Source of the DNA: Candidatus Cloacimonadales bacterium | GTDB lineage: Bacteria; Cloacimonadota; Cloacimonadia; Cloacimonadales; JAFGVF01 | Length of the DNA: 64,000 bases | Assembly (NCBI GenBank): GCA_963667035.1 | Contig: OY762964.1 | Span: 1,600,001-1,664,000 of the forward strand | Reading direction: 5' to 3' | Shown here: positions 11,017 through 20,526 of the stretch, piece by piece | How the letters are laid out: each line of letters opens with the position of its first letter | Numbering within the stretch: the first letter of the stretch is position 1 | Translations under genes and position numbers: made by a program | The notes under the pieces: generated by a model | The model's database searches: none | Told to the model about the DNA's origin: nothing | The model's input: the letters and a program-made list of their open reading frames with translations, nothing else

Positions 11017-13344
11017 CTATTGATTTACATTATCTTTTGAGCTTTTCTCTTCCCTAATGCGTTTTAACTTCCTACTAAGAGAGTACGGAGTAATGCCTAA
11101 CAATTGTGCGGCATTCTTCTGAATATGATTTGATTGCTCCATAGCTCTGTTAATAATCCATTCTTCACACTCCGCCAAATTCAAGGAAGGAAGTATTGGA
11201 TGGTTATCTGAAATGGAGCTTGTCTGTTGAGGTATTGATATTGATTCTGTATCAAGCACAGATTCCCGACACAACAATAAACTTCTTTGTAATATATTCT
11301 TAAGTTCTCTGATGTTACCCGGATACTGATAATTAACCAACAGATCAATTGCTTCTTTCGTTATAACCGGAGTTGCTCTGCCTTGAGCAGAACACAATGT
11401 CTGAACATAATATTCTACTAAAAGCGGAATATCTTCCTGACGTTGTCTGAGAGGTGGTATATGTATTTCCATTACATTAATTCTATTCAACAAATCAAAC
11501 CGAAAAGTATTGGATATTGCCATACTTGAAAGGTCTTTGTTAGTTGCGGATATTAACCTGAAATCCACTTTTGTATCTTTGGTACTACCAATTCTATTTA
11601 TCACTTTCTCTTCAATAACTCTCAGAAACTTCGACTGCATTCTCAAGGGCATCTCCCCTATTTCATCCAGAAATAGAGTTCCCTTGTTTGCTGCTTCAAA
11701 ATAACCTATGGACTTTCTTGCTGAACCCGTGTAAGATCCCTTCTCACTTCCAAAGAATGCACTTTCTACAAGAGAAGTAGCAAAAGCCGCACTATTAACT
11801 GAAACGAACGGATTACATTTTCTAGTGCCGGCATAATGAATTACTCTAGCTATAGCTTCTTTCCCACTACCTGTCTCTCCAATTATCAATACAGGCAAAT
11901 TCTCATTCTCAGCAACCATTAATGCTTGTCTTACTACATTTTGCATTGTTGCATTGCAACCTATCAATGGCATCTTAACTAACTTCTGCAATTCTTGAGA
12001 AATGAGAGAAGAGCCCTGATAAAACTTGAATTCTTCCGGTGAATCTAATGGTTGCTCCTGAGTATGTTTAAAGGCCTCAATTTCCTTTTTGTATTCCTCA
12101 TTTTTAATACTCATACTTAAGTTTGCATACTTCTTATAATGCTCATAAGACTCTTCGATATTTCCTAGGGATTCATAAACAGAACTGAATAATTCATGAT
12201 TTATTGCTAATTCTTTTCTTAAATCCATTTTAGAAGCTAATTTTTCTGCAGCTTTTAACATATCAATTGCTTCTGAAAATCTCTCTAGTTCAATATCTGC
12301 AGTTGCAATCCCGTGTAATATAACTAATAGTTGCCTATCGTTCTTTGATTCTAAATTCATATCTTTAGCTTTTTTAAACCAAATCCAAGCAGACTCATAA
12401 TCTTTTTGTCTTATTTTAAGACTACCTAAATTCACCATTATTGCCGGAATATCATTATAAAAATTAAGTCCTTCAGCACAATCAAGTGCTCCATATAATA
12501 ATGCTTCAGCTTTATCTAGTTTATTAAGAATCTTATAATTATTTGCAGAATTAATTGAGAATGTAATGTAAGTATCCGGAGCAGTAATTCTCGTGTTTTC
12601 ATTGATAAAAGGTTCAAGGTTATCTAAGGCTTCCTGATACATTCCGACAGTACCATATGCAATTCCGAGATTATTACTAACAGTGAGATAGTTATCACTA
12701 TCATGATCAGGAATACGCTTCTTTGCTTCTAAGAAATAGTGAATAGCAAGTTTCATCTTTCCTCGCATTGCCGATATCCTCCCTAGTCCAGTATATGCAA
12801 GAGAAAGAACTTCTTCATTCTGAATGTATAGTCCATATTGTAAACCTAACTGATAATACCTAAGAGCTTCATCCAGATTACCACTATATTCATAAATGTA
12901 TCCAATGTTTGAATAGCGTCCGGTTAATATAGTCGAATTACCACATTTTTCTAGTAATTCAACACTTCTTTTACCCTGTTCCAAAGCTTTGTTCATGTCA
13001 TTCGTCATCCAGAAAATAAAGCTCAAATCTGCAGAAATTTCAGCACATATCTCTTCATCAATCAGATACTCTTTATACTTCTCATAATCCTGATAAGCTT
13101 CATCAAAGTAACGACCTTGGGTATTGTATCTTATAGCCTTAAAAACCAATTGAAAGCTTTTAGTAAGAATTGTAGATATTATTTCTGGTAATATTGGATC
13201 AAAATATATGTACTCATCAACAATTCCTATGATTAGTTTAAAAACATCATAGAATGTACCGTCTTTTTTCTCAACAGATAATTGTAACTCTTTGAAATGT
13301 GATTCTAACTTCTCAATCCTACTCTTATTTCGACTACTAATCAT
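11017..13344 (-). CDS. TPR-repeat sigma54-dependent transcriptional activator
   Basis: TPR-like helices, GETGSGKE, GTLFLDEIGE, YPGNIREL, Fis-type HTH; ATG at 13344 has an AAGGAG RBS. Confidence 0.9.
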   Translation of the reverse strand: MISSRNKSRIEKLESHFKELQLSVEKKDGTFYDVFKLIIGIVDEYIYFDPILPEIISTILTKSFQLVFKAIRYNTQGRYFDEAYQDYEKYKEYLIDEEICAEISADLSFIFWMTNDMNKALEQGKRSVELLEKCGNSTILTGRYSNIGYIYEYSGNLDEALRYYQLGLQYGLYIQNEEVLSLAYTGLGRISAMRGKMKLAIHYFLEAKKRIPDHDSDNYLTVSNNLGIAYGTVGMYQEALDNLEPFINENTRITAPDTYITFSINSANNYKILNKLDKAEALLYGALDCAEGLNFYNDIPAIMVNLGSLKIRQKDYESAWIWFKKAKDMNLESKNDRQLLVILHGIATADIELERFSEAIDMLKAAEKLASKMDLRKELAINHELFSSVYESLGNIEESYEHYKKYANLSMSIKNEEYKKEIEAFKHTQEQPLDSPEEFKFYQGSSLISQELQKLVKMPLIGCNATMQNVVRQALMVAENENLPVLIIGETGSGKEAIARVIHYAGTRKCNPFVSVNSAAFATSLVESAFFGSEKGSYTGSARKSIGYFEAANKGTLFLDEIGEMPLRMQSKFLRVIEEKVINRIGSTKDTKVDFRLISATNKDLSSMAISNTFRFDLLNRINVMEIHIPPLRQRQEDIPLLVEYYVQTLCSAQGRATPVITKEAIDLLVNYQYPGNIRELKNILQRSLLLCRESVLDTESISIPQQTSSISDNHPILPSLNLAECEEWIINRAMEQSNHIQKNAAQLLGITPYSLSRKLKRIREEKSSKDNVNQ

Positions 13345-13361
13345 ACACGCTCCTTGCAAAT

Positions 13362-13397
13362 ATGCAATCTATTGCATCAGTAATTGCATAAATGCAT
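13362..13397. promoter_or_regulatory. Candidate enhancer (UAS) dyads for the sigma54 activator
   Basis: Dyad ATGCAAT-CT-ATTGCAT followed by TTGCATAAATGCAT, ~110-145 bp upstream of the -24/-12 site. Confidence 0.55.
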
Positions 13398-13506
13398 TAT
13401 CATTGTCCAGTTTTTTATCATAATTCTCATCACAGCATATTCTAAAAACATGTTATCTATTTGTTATTAAAACAGTTACAGCATATATGCTTATTCGATT
13501 ACTAAA

Positions 13507-13521
13507 TGGAACCATAATTGC
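13507..13521 (+). promoter_or_regulatory. sigma54 -24/-12 promoter
   Basis: TGGAAC-CATAA-TTGC has exact GG-N10-GC spacing and is divergent from a sigma54 activator. Confidence 0.7.
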
Positions 13522-13546
13522 GATTAAACAGATTATGGAGTTCAAT

Positions 13547-13768
13547 ATGATAGAACAAGAAGAATACGAAGTTAGCGATTTCCATGAGAAGTGGCTGAAT
13601 GAAACCAATTGTATACTTGGTTTCACAGTTACATACTCCAATGGAGTTATAAAGAACATCCTTCGCTCTTGTACATTGGAAACTTATAAGCAAGTTCTCA
13701 AAGAGATAACAAAGAGTTGGGAAACATATTTAAACAATTCAAAAAGGGTAATTAAGAAAGGAGAATAG
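13547..13768 (+). CDS. Small hypothetical protein (73 aa), first gene of the sigma54 operon
   Basis: GGAG RBS before ATG 13547, downstream of the promoter; stop abuts the next gene. Confidence 0.6.
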   Translation: MIEQEEYEVSDFHEKWLNETNCILGFTVTYSNGVIKNILRSCTLETYKQVLKEITKSWETYLNNSKRVIKKGE

Positions 13769-13769
13769 T

Positions 13770-16439
13770 ATGAAAAAAAGTCTATTGTTTATTTTTATTG
13801 TAGTTATCAGTGTTACACTAAGCGGTTTTAACAACGCTGTAATATTAGATGGAACTGATGATTACATAGAAATTAATGATGTTTCTAGCCTACTTGCCCC
13901 GGCAAGCAGCTACTCAATCGAATGCTGGTTTAGTGGTGATGACATTACAACTGAAACAGGTAATCAGATTTTGTGGGGTGTTAACGGTCCTGTTTCCAAT
14001 CCTAATACAAACATTATGATGGTTGCCGTACATGGGAATGTACTGAAAGTATATGATGGAAACAATGTGGGAGCATTTACGGGAACTACTATTATTGAAC
14101 AGGAAGTATGGTATCATGTAGCCTTATCCAAACAAACAGATAATACTTTCACTCTTTATCTTAACGGAATTGAGGAGCTAACAGGTACTATTGTCACTGA
14201 AATACAATCAACGAGTACTTTCTCAATTGGTCAGGAATGGGATCAAACTCCAAGTGATTTCTTTGACGGAAAGATAGACGAGTTTCGAGTATGGAACTAC
14301 AATAGAACTAATGTAGAAATTCTAAGAAACATGCATCAAGAGTTAATTGGTAACGAAAGCGGTCTTTTAGCATACTATGATTTTAATGAAGCATCCGGTA
14401 CAATTGTCTATGATGTTACTTCAAACAATAACAATGGTACGCTTACTAATACTGACGGTAATGAATGGCAAACGTCTTCTGCTATTTACGGTCCTAAGTA
14501 TTGCTTGGAAATGGATGGTATTGATGATTATGTTGACTGTGGCATAATTACCAATCCTAGCTTTTTAACATCACTTACATTAGAGTGTTGGGTAAACATT
14601 GATGTTGTAAATCATTACAATAGGATTATTACTCAAGACTATGTCGATACTTCAGAAACTGGTTTAGGTTGGTTAGCAACCAATTTAGATGGTACTGTTT
14701 ACACTTATCTTGGTGGGGCTTTGCAATCTACTTCTCAAGCTTTAAATGCAGATGAATGGAATCACATAGCTCTGGTATGGGATGGTACTACAATAGTCTT
14801 CTATATTAATGGTCATCTGGATGCGAATAGCTACTCTGTCGAATCCTTACAGAGCTGCAATAGCAATATTTATCTCGGTTGGGGTGGAAGATACAATAAC
14901 ACTCATTTCGATGGAGAAATGGACGAAGTACGTATATGGAGTTCAGCACGAACATCTAATCAAATCAGAGAGGATATGTGTCAGACTTTAACAGGAAATG
15001 AGAGTGGGCTTGTCGCATATTACGATTTTGATAACACTTCAGGACAATTCTTACAAGATTTCTCTGGCAACGGGTTTAGCGGAACACTACACAGCAGTAT
15101 AACAGATGATGGTTGGGTACCCTCAAATGCTTTCAATACTTGGCTTGATACAAGCAATTCCAATTGGTCCAATGAATCAAATTGGTCTAATGGTGCTCCT
15201 GACCCAACAGACAATATTGCTATCTACAATCTTGATACTGTGCCTAGCATCTCCGGAGCTCCAACATTTAATGACCTTTACCTTGGGAATGGAGTAAATG
15301 TTAACTTAAATTCAGATATGACCATCAATGGAAACTTGATACTAAATAGTAATTTAGACTTAAACGGTCAAACCATTGTTTTAGGAGAACAAGCAACATT
15401 AATAGAGAATAATGGACATTTATATGGTGAGTTAGGTCAAATCCAAACTACTCGTTCTCTTTCCAATATTAATGATAATGTTGCAGGACTAGGTGCTGTC
15501 ATTACTGAAGATGGTAATTTAGGAACCACAACCATTATCAGAGGACACAAAGCTCAAGGACATCAAGGAATAGACAGATACTATCAAATCAATCCACAAA
15601 ACAATCCTACTGCCGCTACATTAGTGTTTAACTATCTCGATTCCGAGTTAAACGGTCAAAATGAGTCAATAATCAAGTTATTCAAATCAACCGATGGAGT
15701 TGAGTGGATAGAGCAGGATAGTGAATTAAATGCAGCGAACAACACAATTACCCTTACAGATATCGATAGCTTCTCATACTGGTCAGCAGGACAAGCAGGA
15801 GCCGGTGAAGCTCTTCCTATTACGCTCTCATCATTTACCGTTAGTCTTTACAACCATCTTCCTACCCTTAGCTGGACTACTGAGTCAGAAAGTAACAATC
15901 TTGGTTGGAATGTATACAGAGCTAACTCAAATGATTTAGCTCAAACAATAAGAATCAATGAAGAATTCATTCATGGTTCAGGAAATACATCAGAGCAAAC
16001 ACAGTATACTTACTATGATAATGAGCCGATTGTTACAGGTGAAGAGTATTACTATTGGATAGAGTCGGTTGGTTTCGGTAATGAAATCAAATACCACGGT
16101 CCTATTAGTATATTGGTAGGTTCAGAGCAACCTGATGAAGATAATCCTGAAGTAAGTAAAGAATTCGGTCTATTCCCTAACTACCCTAATCCTTTTAATC
16201 CAAGTACAACAATCAGTTTTGCTTCCGAGAAGAGTGGAAATTGTGAGTTAACTGTATATGACCTAAGAGGAAGAAGAGTTAAGACTTTATTCTCAGGTCA
16301 TGTAAACGCTGAAGTAACTAATTCAATCGTTTGGAATGGCGATGATGATAACAATAAGAAAGTAGCATCAGGTATCTATTTCTATAGACTTACAGGAAAT
16401 GGTAAAACCGTTAACCGTAAGATGACATTGATGAAATAG
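13770..16439 (+). CDS. Secreted double-LamG protein with FlgD-Ig/T9SS-like C-terminal domain
   Basis: Signal peptide, two LamG modules (LDGTDDY/WYHVAL/IDEFRVW; MDGIDDY/WNHIAL/MDEVRIW), NYPNPFNPSTTISF. Confidence 0.85.
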   Translation: MKKSLLFIFIVVISVTLSGFNNAVILDGTDDYIEINDVSSLLAPASSYSIECWFSGDDITTETGNQILWGVNGPVSNPNTNIMMVAVHGNVLKVYDGNNVGAFTGTTIIEQEVWYHVALSKQTDNTFTLYLNGIEELTGTIVTEIQSTSTFSIGQEWDQTPSDFFDGKIDEFRVWNYNRTNVEILRNMHQELIGNESGLLAYYDFNEASGTIVYDVTSNNNNGTLTNTDGNEWQTSSAIYGPKYCLEMDGIDDYVDCGIITNPSFLTSLTLECWVNIDVVNHYNRIITQDYVDTSETGLGWLATNLDGTVYTYLGGALQSTSQALNADEWNHIALVWDGTTIVFYINGHLDANSYSVESLQSCNSNIYLGWGGRYNNTHFDGEMDEVRIWSSARTSNQIREDMCQTLTGNESGLVAYYDFDNTSGQFLQDFSGNGFSGTLHSSITDDGWVPSNAFNTWLDTSNSNWSNESNWSNGAPDPTDNIAIYNLDTVPSISGAPTFNDLYLGNGVNVNLNSDMTINGNLILNSNLDLNGQTIVLGEQATLIENNGHLYGELGQIQTTRSLSNINDNVAGLGAVITEDGNLGTTTIIRGHKAQGHQGIDRYYQINPQNNPTAATLVFNYLDSELNGQNESIIKLFKSTDGVEWIEQDSELNAANNTITLTDIDSFSYWSAGQAGAGEALPITLSSFTVSLYNHLPTLSWTTESESNNLGWNVYRANSNDLAQTIRINEEFIHGSGNTSEQTQYTYYDNEPIVTGEEYYYWIESVGFGNEIKYHGPISILVGSEQPDEDNPEVSKEFGLFPNYPNPFNPSTTISFASEKSGNCELTVYDLRGRRVKTLFSGHVNAEVTNSIVWNGDDDNNKKVASGIYFYRLTGNGKTVNRKMTLMK
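15363..16439 (+). repeat. 1077-bp direct repeat, copy 1
   Basis: Matches 18358-19434 with about 8 substitutions seen by eye. Confidence 0.95.
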
Positions 16440-16466
16440 TTCAATTCATCTTTAACTCACTCCCAT

Positions 16467-16496
16467 ATCAAAGCCCGTCTTATGCCGGGCTTTGAT
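16467..16496 (+). terminator. Probable intrinsic terminator
   Basis: ATCAAAGCCCG...CGGGCTTTGAT just after the stop codon. Confidence 0.75.
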
Positions 16497-16803
16497 GAAT
16501 ATTTAGAATGATTTAACACTAATGTTTTATGAGCTACTATTCATATAAATGCATAGAAATTAATTAGCTAATACACCCTTACGTATTTTAAGTTAGAAAT
16601 ACAGTGTTTAGTAGAGCTATTAATCCTTGACATTTGAATATTTGTAATATAAATTGTGGCATCGTTATTTGAATAGACTAAAAGAGCGTATGTTAGTCGA
16701 ATTCATTAAAAGTCAGGATCCCGTATTTTTCATTAAAAATCTTTACAACCACTATAATAGATATGTATTTTGCTTAAATATAAAAAACTCAAGGAGATTT
16801 GTT

Positions 16804-19434
16804 ATGAAAAAAGTGCTATCTTTTATGACATTTATGGTAATTGTGTTATCCATGTTTGGAGTTAACAATTATCTACAATTTAACGGACTAGATGATTATA
16901 TCAATTTTACCAATTCACCTTCATATTCTGAAACAATGACTATTGAAGCTTGGATTAAAACAACCAGTAATCAAGAAATAAATGATATAGTGTGTTGGGG
17001 AGACGCAGGCGGATATGATAATGTCCAATTTAGAACATGTGCCGGTAAGTTAGATTTTGGCACGCATCCTTATGGTGGTAATTGGATAAGTTGTCAAAGT
17101 TCTGCTACTGTGAACACCAATGAGTGGACACATGTCGCCGTAGTTAAAAATGACACATCGGTTCAACTATACATAAACGGTATTGCCGACGGCTCAGGAG
17201 TTAACGCCAACTCAATGAACGTTAACTATATGCTGATTGGGAAGTACGTAAATGGCGAAAACTATTATGACGGAAATATAGACGAATTAAGAATATGGAA
17301 TGATGTACGTACTCAAACAGAAATTCGCCAAAATATGTATAAAGAGATTTCTAATCCATCTTCAGAAGGTAATTTGGTTGCTTACTACAAGTTTAATGAA
17401 GCATTCGGAACTACATTAACTGATTCCAAATCTACTAACAATGGTACATTAATCAATTTGGCCGGTAATGAATGGGTAACTTCTCCTGCTATGTTTGGTC
17501 CAAGAAACAGTTTATATTTTAACGGAATAAACAATTACGTTAGTTTTGCTAATAATCCTCCTTATTCAGAAGTCATGACTATTGAGGCTTGGATTAAAAC
17601 AACCAACTCTCATGATGTAAATGATATTGTTTGTTGGGGAAACACAGGTAGAACAGACAATGTTCAAGTTAGAACAAGTAGTGGTAAATTTGAGTTTGGC
17701 TCTGATCCTGAAAGTGGAAGTTGGGTAAGCTGTAGAGGTTCAATTGATGTAAATACAAACGAATGGACACATGTGGCTGCTGTAAAGAATAACAGCTCAA
17801 TTCAATTGTATGTAAACGGACTTGAAGATGGAACAGGTATAAACACAAACTCAATGATTATTAACTATATGTTGATTGGTAAGTATGTTAATGATGAATT
17901 CTACTTTAACGGTGAGATGGATGAAGTTAGAATATGGAATACTGCTCGTACTGCTAACCAAATACGTGAGAATATGTGTAAGTCGATAACCGGAAGCGAA
18001 GCAAATCTTTTAGCATATTATAATTTTAATAACCTTTCAGGTTCTATTCTTCAGGATTTATCAAGTAATGCTTATGATGGATCACTTGTTGATATGGGGG
18101 ATGGAAACTGGACAACATCTATTGCTTTCAATCAATGGTTAAACACAGATTCATCAGCTTGGGCAACAAACTCTAATTGGTCAAACGGAGTACCGTCAGT
18201 GTTTGATAATATCGGAATCTTTAATTATGATGTAGAACCCGTTATTACAGGAACTCCATCTTGTGATAATATCTATATTGGAAGTGGTGCTTCAGTTAAC
18301 TTGAATTCAAACATGACTGTTTATGGGAACATGATTTTAGATAACAACATGGATTTGAACGGTCAAACCATTGTTTTAGGAGAACAAGCAACATTAATAG
18401 AGAATAATGGACATTTATATGGTGAGTTAGGTCAAATCCAAACTACTCGTTCTCTTTCCAATATTAATGATAATGTTGCAGGACTAGGTGCTGTCATTAC
18501 TGAAGATGGTAATTTAGGAACCACAACCATTATCAGAGGACACAAAGCTCAAGGACATCAAGGAATAGACAGATACTATCAAATCAATACACAAAACAAT
18601 CCTACTGCCGCTACATTAGTGTTTAACTATCTCGATTCCGAGTTAAACGGTCAAAATGAGTCAATAATCAAGTTATTCAAATCAACCGATGGAGTTGAGT
18701 GGATAGAGCAGGATAGTGAATTAAATGCAGCGAACAACACAATTACCCTTACAGGTATCGATAGCTTCTCATACTGGTCAGCAGGACAAGCAGGTGCCGG
18801 TGAAGCTCTTCCTATTACACTCTCATCATTTACCGTTAGTCTTTACAACCATCTTCCTACCCTTAGCTGGACTACTGAGTCAGAAAGTAACAATCTTGGT
18901 TGGAATGTATACAGAGCTAACTCAAATGATTTAGCTCAAACAATAAGAATCAATGAAGAATTCATTCATGGTTCAGGAAATACATCAGAGCAAACACAGT
19001 ATACTTACTATGATAATGAGCCGATTGTTACAGGTGAAGAGTATTACTATTGGATAGAGTCGGTTGGTTTCGGTAATGAAATCAAATACCACGGTCCCAT
19101 TAGTATATTGGTAGGTTCAGAGCAACCTGGTGAAGATAATCCTGAAGTAAGTAAAGAATTCGGTCTATTCCCTAACTACCCTAATCCTTTTAATCCAAGT
19201 ACAACAATCAGTTTTGCTTCCGAGAAGAGTGGAAATTGTGAGTTAACTGTATATGACCTAAGAGGAAGAAGAGTTAAGACTTTATTCTCAGGTCATGTAA
19301 ACGCTGAAGTAACTAATTCAATCGTTTGGAATGGCGATGATGATAACAATAAGAAAGTAGCATCAGGTATCTATTTCTATAGACTTACAGGAAATGGTAA
19401 AACCGTTAACCGTAAGATGATATTAATGAAATAG
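16804..19434 (+). CDS. Second secreted double-LamG protein (paralog)
   Basis: ATG 16804 with AAGGAG RBS begins a signal peptide; two mutually similar LamG modules; same C-terminus as 13770. Confidence 0.85.
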   Translation: MKKVLSFMTFMVIVLSMFGVNNYLQFNGLDDYINFTNSPSYSETMTIEAWIKTTSNQEINDIVCWGDAGGYDNVQFRTCAGKLDFGTHPYGGNWISCQSSATVNTNEWTHVAVVKNDTSVQLYINGIADGSGVNANSMNVNYMLIGKYVNGENYYDGNIDELRIWNDVRTQTEIRQNMYKEISNPSSEGNLVAYYKFNEAFGTTLTDSKSTNNGTLINLAGNEWVTSPAMFGPRNSLYFNGINNYVSFANNPPYSEVMTIEAWIKTTNSHDVNDIVCWGNTGRTDNVQVRTSSGKFEFGSDPESGSWVSCRGSIDVNTNEWTHVAAVKNNSSIQLYVNGLEDGTGINTNSMIINYMLIGKYVNDEFYFNGEMDEVRIWNTARTANQIRENMCKSITGSEANLLAYYNFNNLSGSILQDLSSNAYDGSLVDMGDGNWTTSIAFNQWLNTDSSAWATNSNWSNGVPSVFDNIGIFNYDVEPVITGTPSCDNIYIGSGASVNLNSNMTVYGNMILDNNMDLNGQTIVLGEQATLIENNGHLYGELGQIQTTRSLSNINDNVAGLGAVITEDGNLGTTTIIRGHKAQGHQGIDRYYQINTQNNPTAATLVFNYLDSELNGQNESIIKLFKSTDGVEWIEQDSELNAANNTITLTGIDSFSYWSAGQAGAGEALPITLSSFTVSLYNHLPTLSWTTESESNNLGWNVYRANSNDLAQTIRINEEFIHGSGNTSEQTQYTYYDNEPIVTGEEYYYWIESVGFGNEIKYHGPISILVGSEQPGEDNPEVSKEFGLFPNYPNPFNPSTTISFASEKSGNCELTVYDLRGRRVKTLFSGHVNAEVTNSIVWNGDDDNNKKVASGIYFYRLTGNGKTVNRKMILMK
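18358..19434 (+). repeat. 1077-bp direct repeat, copy 2
   Basis: Matches 15363-16439. Confidence 0.95.
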
Positions 19435-19465
19435 GGTTAGTATAGCTTTTTAGCAAACCTTTATC

Positions 19466-19491
19466 AAAAGCCCGGCATTTGTCGGGCTTTT
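19466..19491 (+). terminator. Intrinsic terminator
   Basis: AAAAGCCCGGC-ATTT-GTCGGGCTTTT. Confidence 0.8.
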
Positions 19492-19591
19492 ATGTTTTAC
19501 AGTTTCTTTACTATTTTATCCAATTAAATCTAATCTGCTCACATTATGCCTAAATTCAACTCTCGGGAACCTGACGTGATTTACTGAGGAA

Positions 19592-19670
19592 TTTGCCGGG
19601 AATTTCTCGGGTAAAGTCCCGAGTGATTCCCGTGTGAGTCCCGTGAGATTCCCGAGTAAGTCCCGGGTAT
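19592..19670. repeat. Degenerate 11-bp-period tandem array
   Basis: GTCCCGAGTGA TTCCCGTGTGA GTCCCGTGAGA TTCCCGAGTAA GTCCCGGGTAT, with weaker units upstream. Confidence 0.8.
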
Positions 19671-19850
19671 TGAATTGGGACATAAGAATAGAAGTGAACT
19701 CTTAGAATTTATTGAAATAATGTCACTAAACTCTTCATAATCATGTAAGTTACGTAGTATTTTCCTTGGTAAAACTTTGACCTTCCTTGGGTGGATACCT
19801 TTAAGAGTGACGTGCCAATATGTGAAATTATATGAAATGCATATATAAAA

Positions 19851-19926
<76 letters not shown>

Positions 19927-20076
19927 TCTATGAAGTTAAGGTTCTATTAAGTGTTTCCGATGTCAATCAAATATTTTGTTTCTTGTAAAATCTCCGAATA
20001 ACTGCATAAATAAAACACGAATCAGCAGTAGCTAATCCGTGTTTCTATATTTTATATAATGTGATTTAGTATGGGT

Positions 20077-20526
20077 TTAATCCATATGCTGAGGCAATTT
20101 AACAATTTGAAGCCAATATTCTTCAAGTCTGGCAATAACATCAAAGAATCTGTCGAATTCAACAGGTTTTGTGATGAATGAGCTGACTCCAAGGTCGTAA
20201 CTTCTTAAGATATCTTCTTCCTGACTGGATGTAGTGAAAACAATTATAGTCATATATTTGAATTTAGAGTCTTTACGCAACATTTCAAGTACTTGACGAC
20301 CATCAATTTTTGGCATATTCAAATCAAGAAGCATTATATCCGGAAAAGGTGATGAAGCAGGATCTTCAAACTGATTTCTTCTATACAGATAGTCTAACGC
20401 TTCTTCTCCATTGTTAACAATGTGTAATTCATTAAGCAGCTTGCCTGATTCTAGAGCACGCTTTGTTAGATTTTGGTCGGCAATATCATCTTCAGCAAGT
20501 AAAATTACTGCAGGTCTTTTACTCAT
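20077..20526 (-). CDS. Single-domain response regulator (Rcp1-like)
   Basis: LLAEDD, LLDLNMPKIDG, FTTS, FITKP. Confidence 0.9.
   Translation of the reverse strand: MSKRPAVILLAEDDIADQNLTKRALESGKLLNELHIVNNGEEALDYLYRRNQFEDPASSPFPDIMLLDLNMPKIDGRQVLEMLRKDSKFKYMTIIVFTTSSQEEDILRSYDLGVSSFITKPVEFDRFFDVIARLEEYWLQIVKLPQHMD

Noticed and set aside
16655..16670. Second sigma54 promoter (TGGCATCGTTATTTGA)
   Set aside because: No GC at the required -12 spacing; a TTGACA at 16627 suggests sigma70 instead.
15363..19434. Diversity-generating retroelement TR/VR pair
   Set aside because: Repeat is 1.08 kb with few differences that are not confined to adenines of one copy; no reverse transcriptase in the window.
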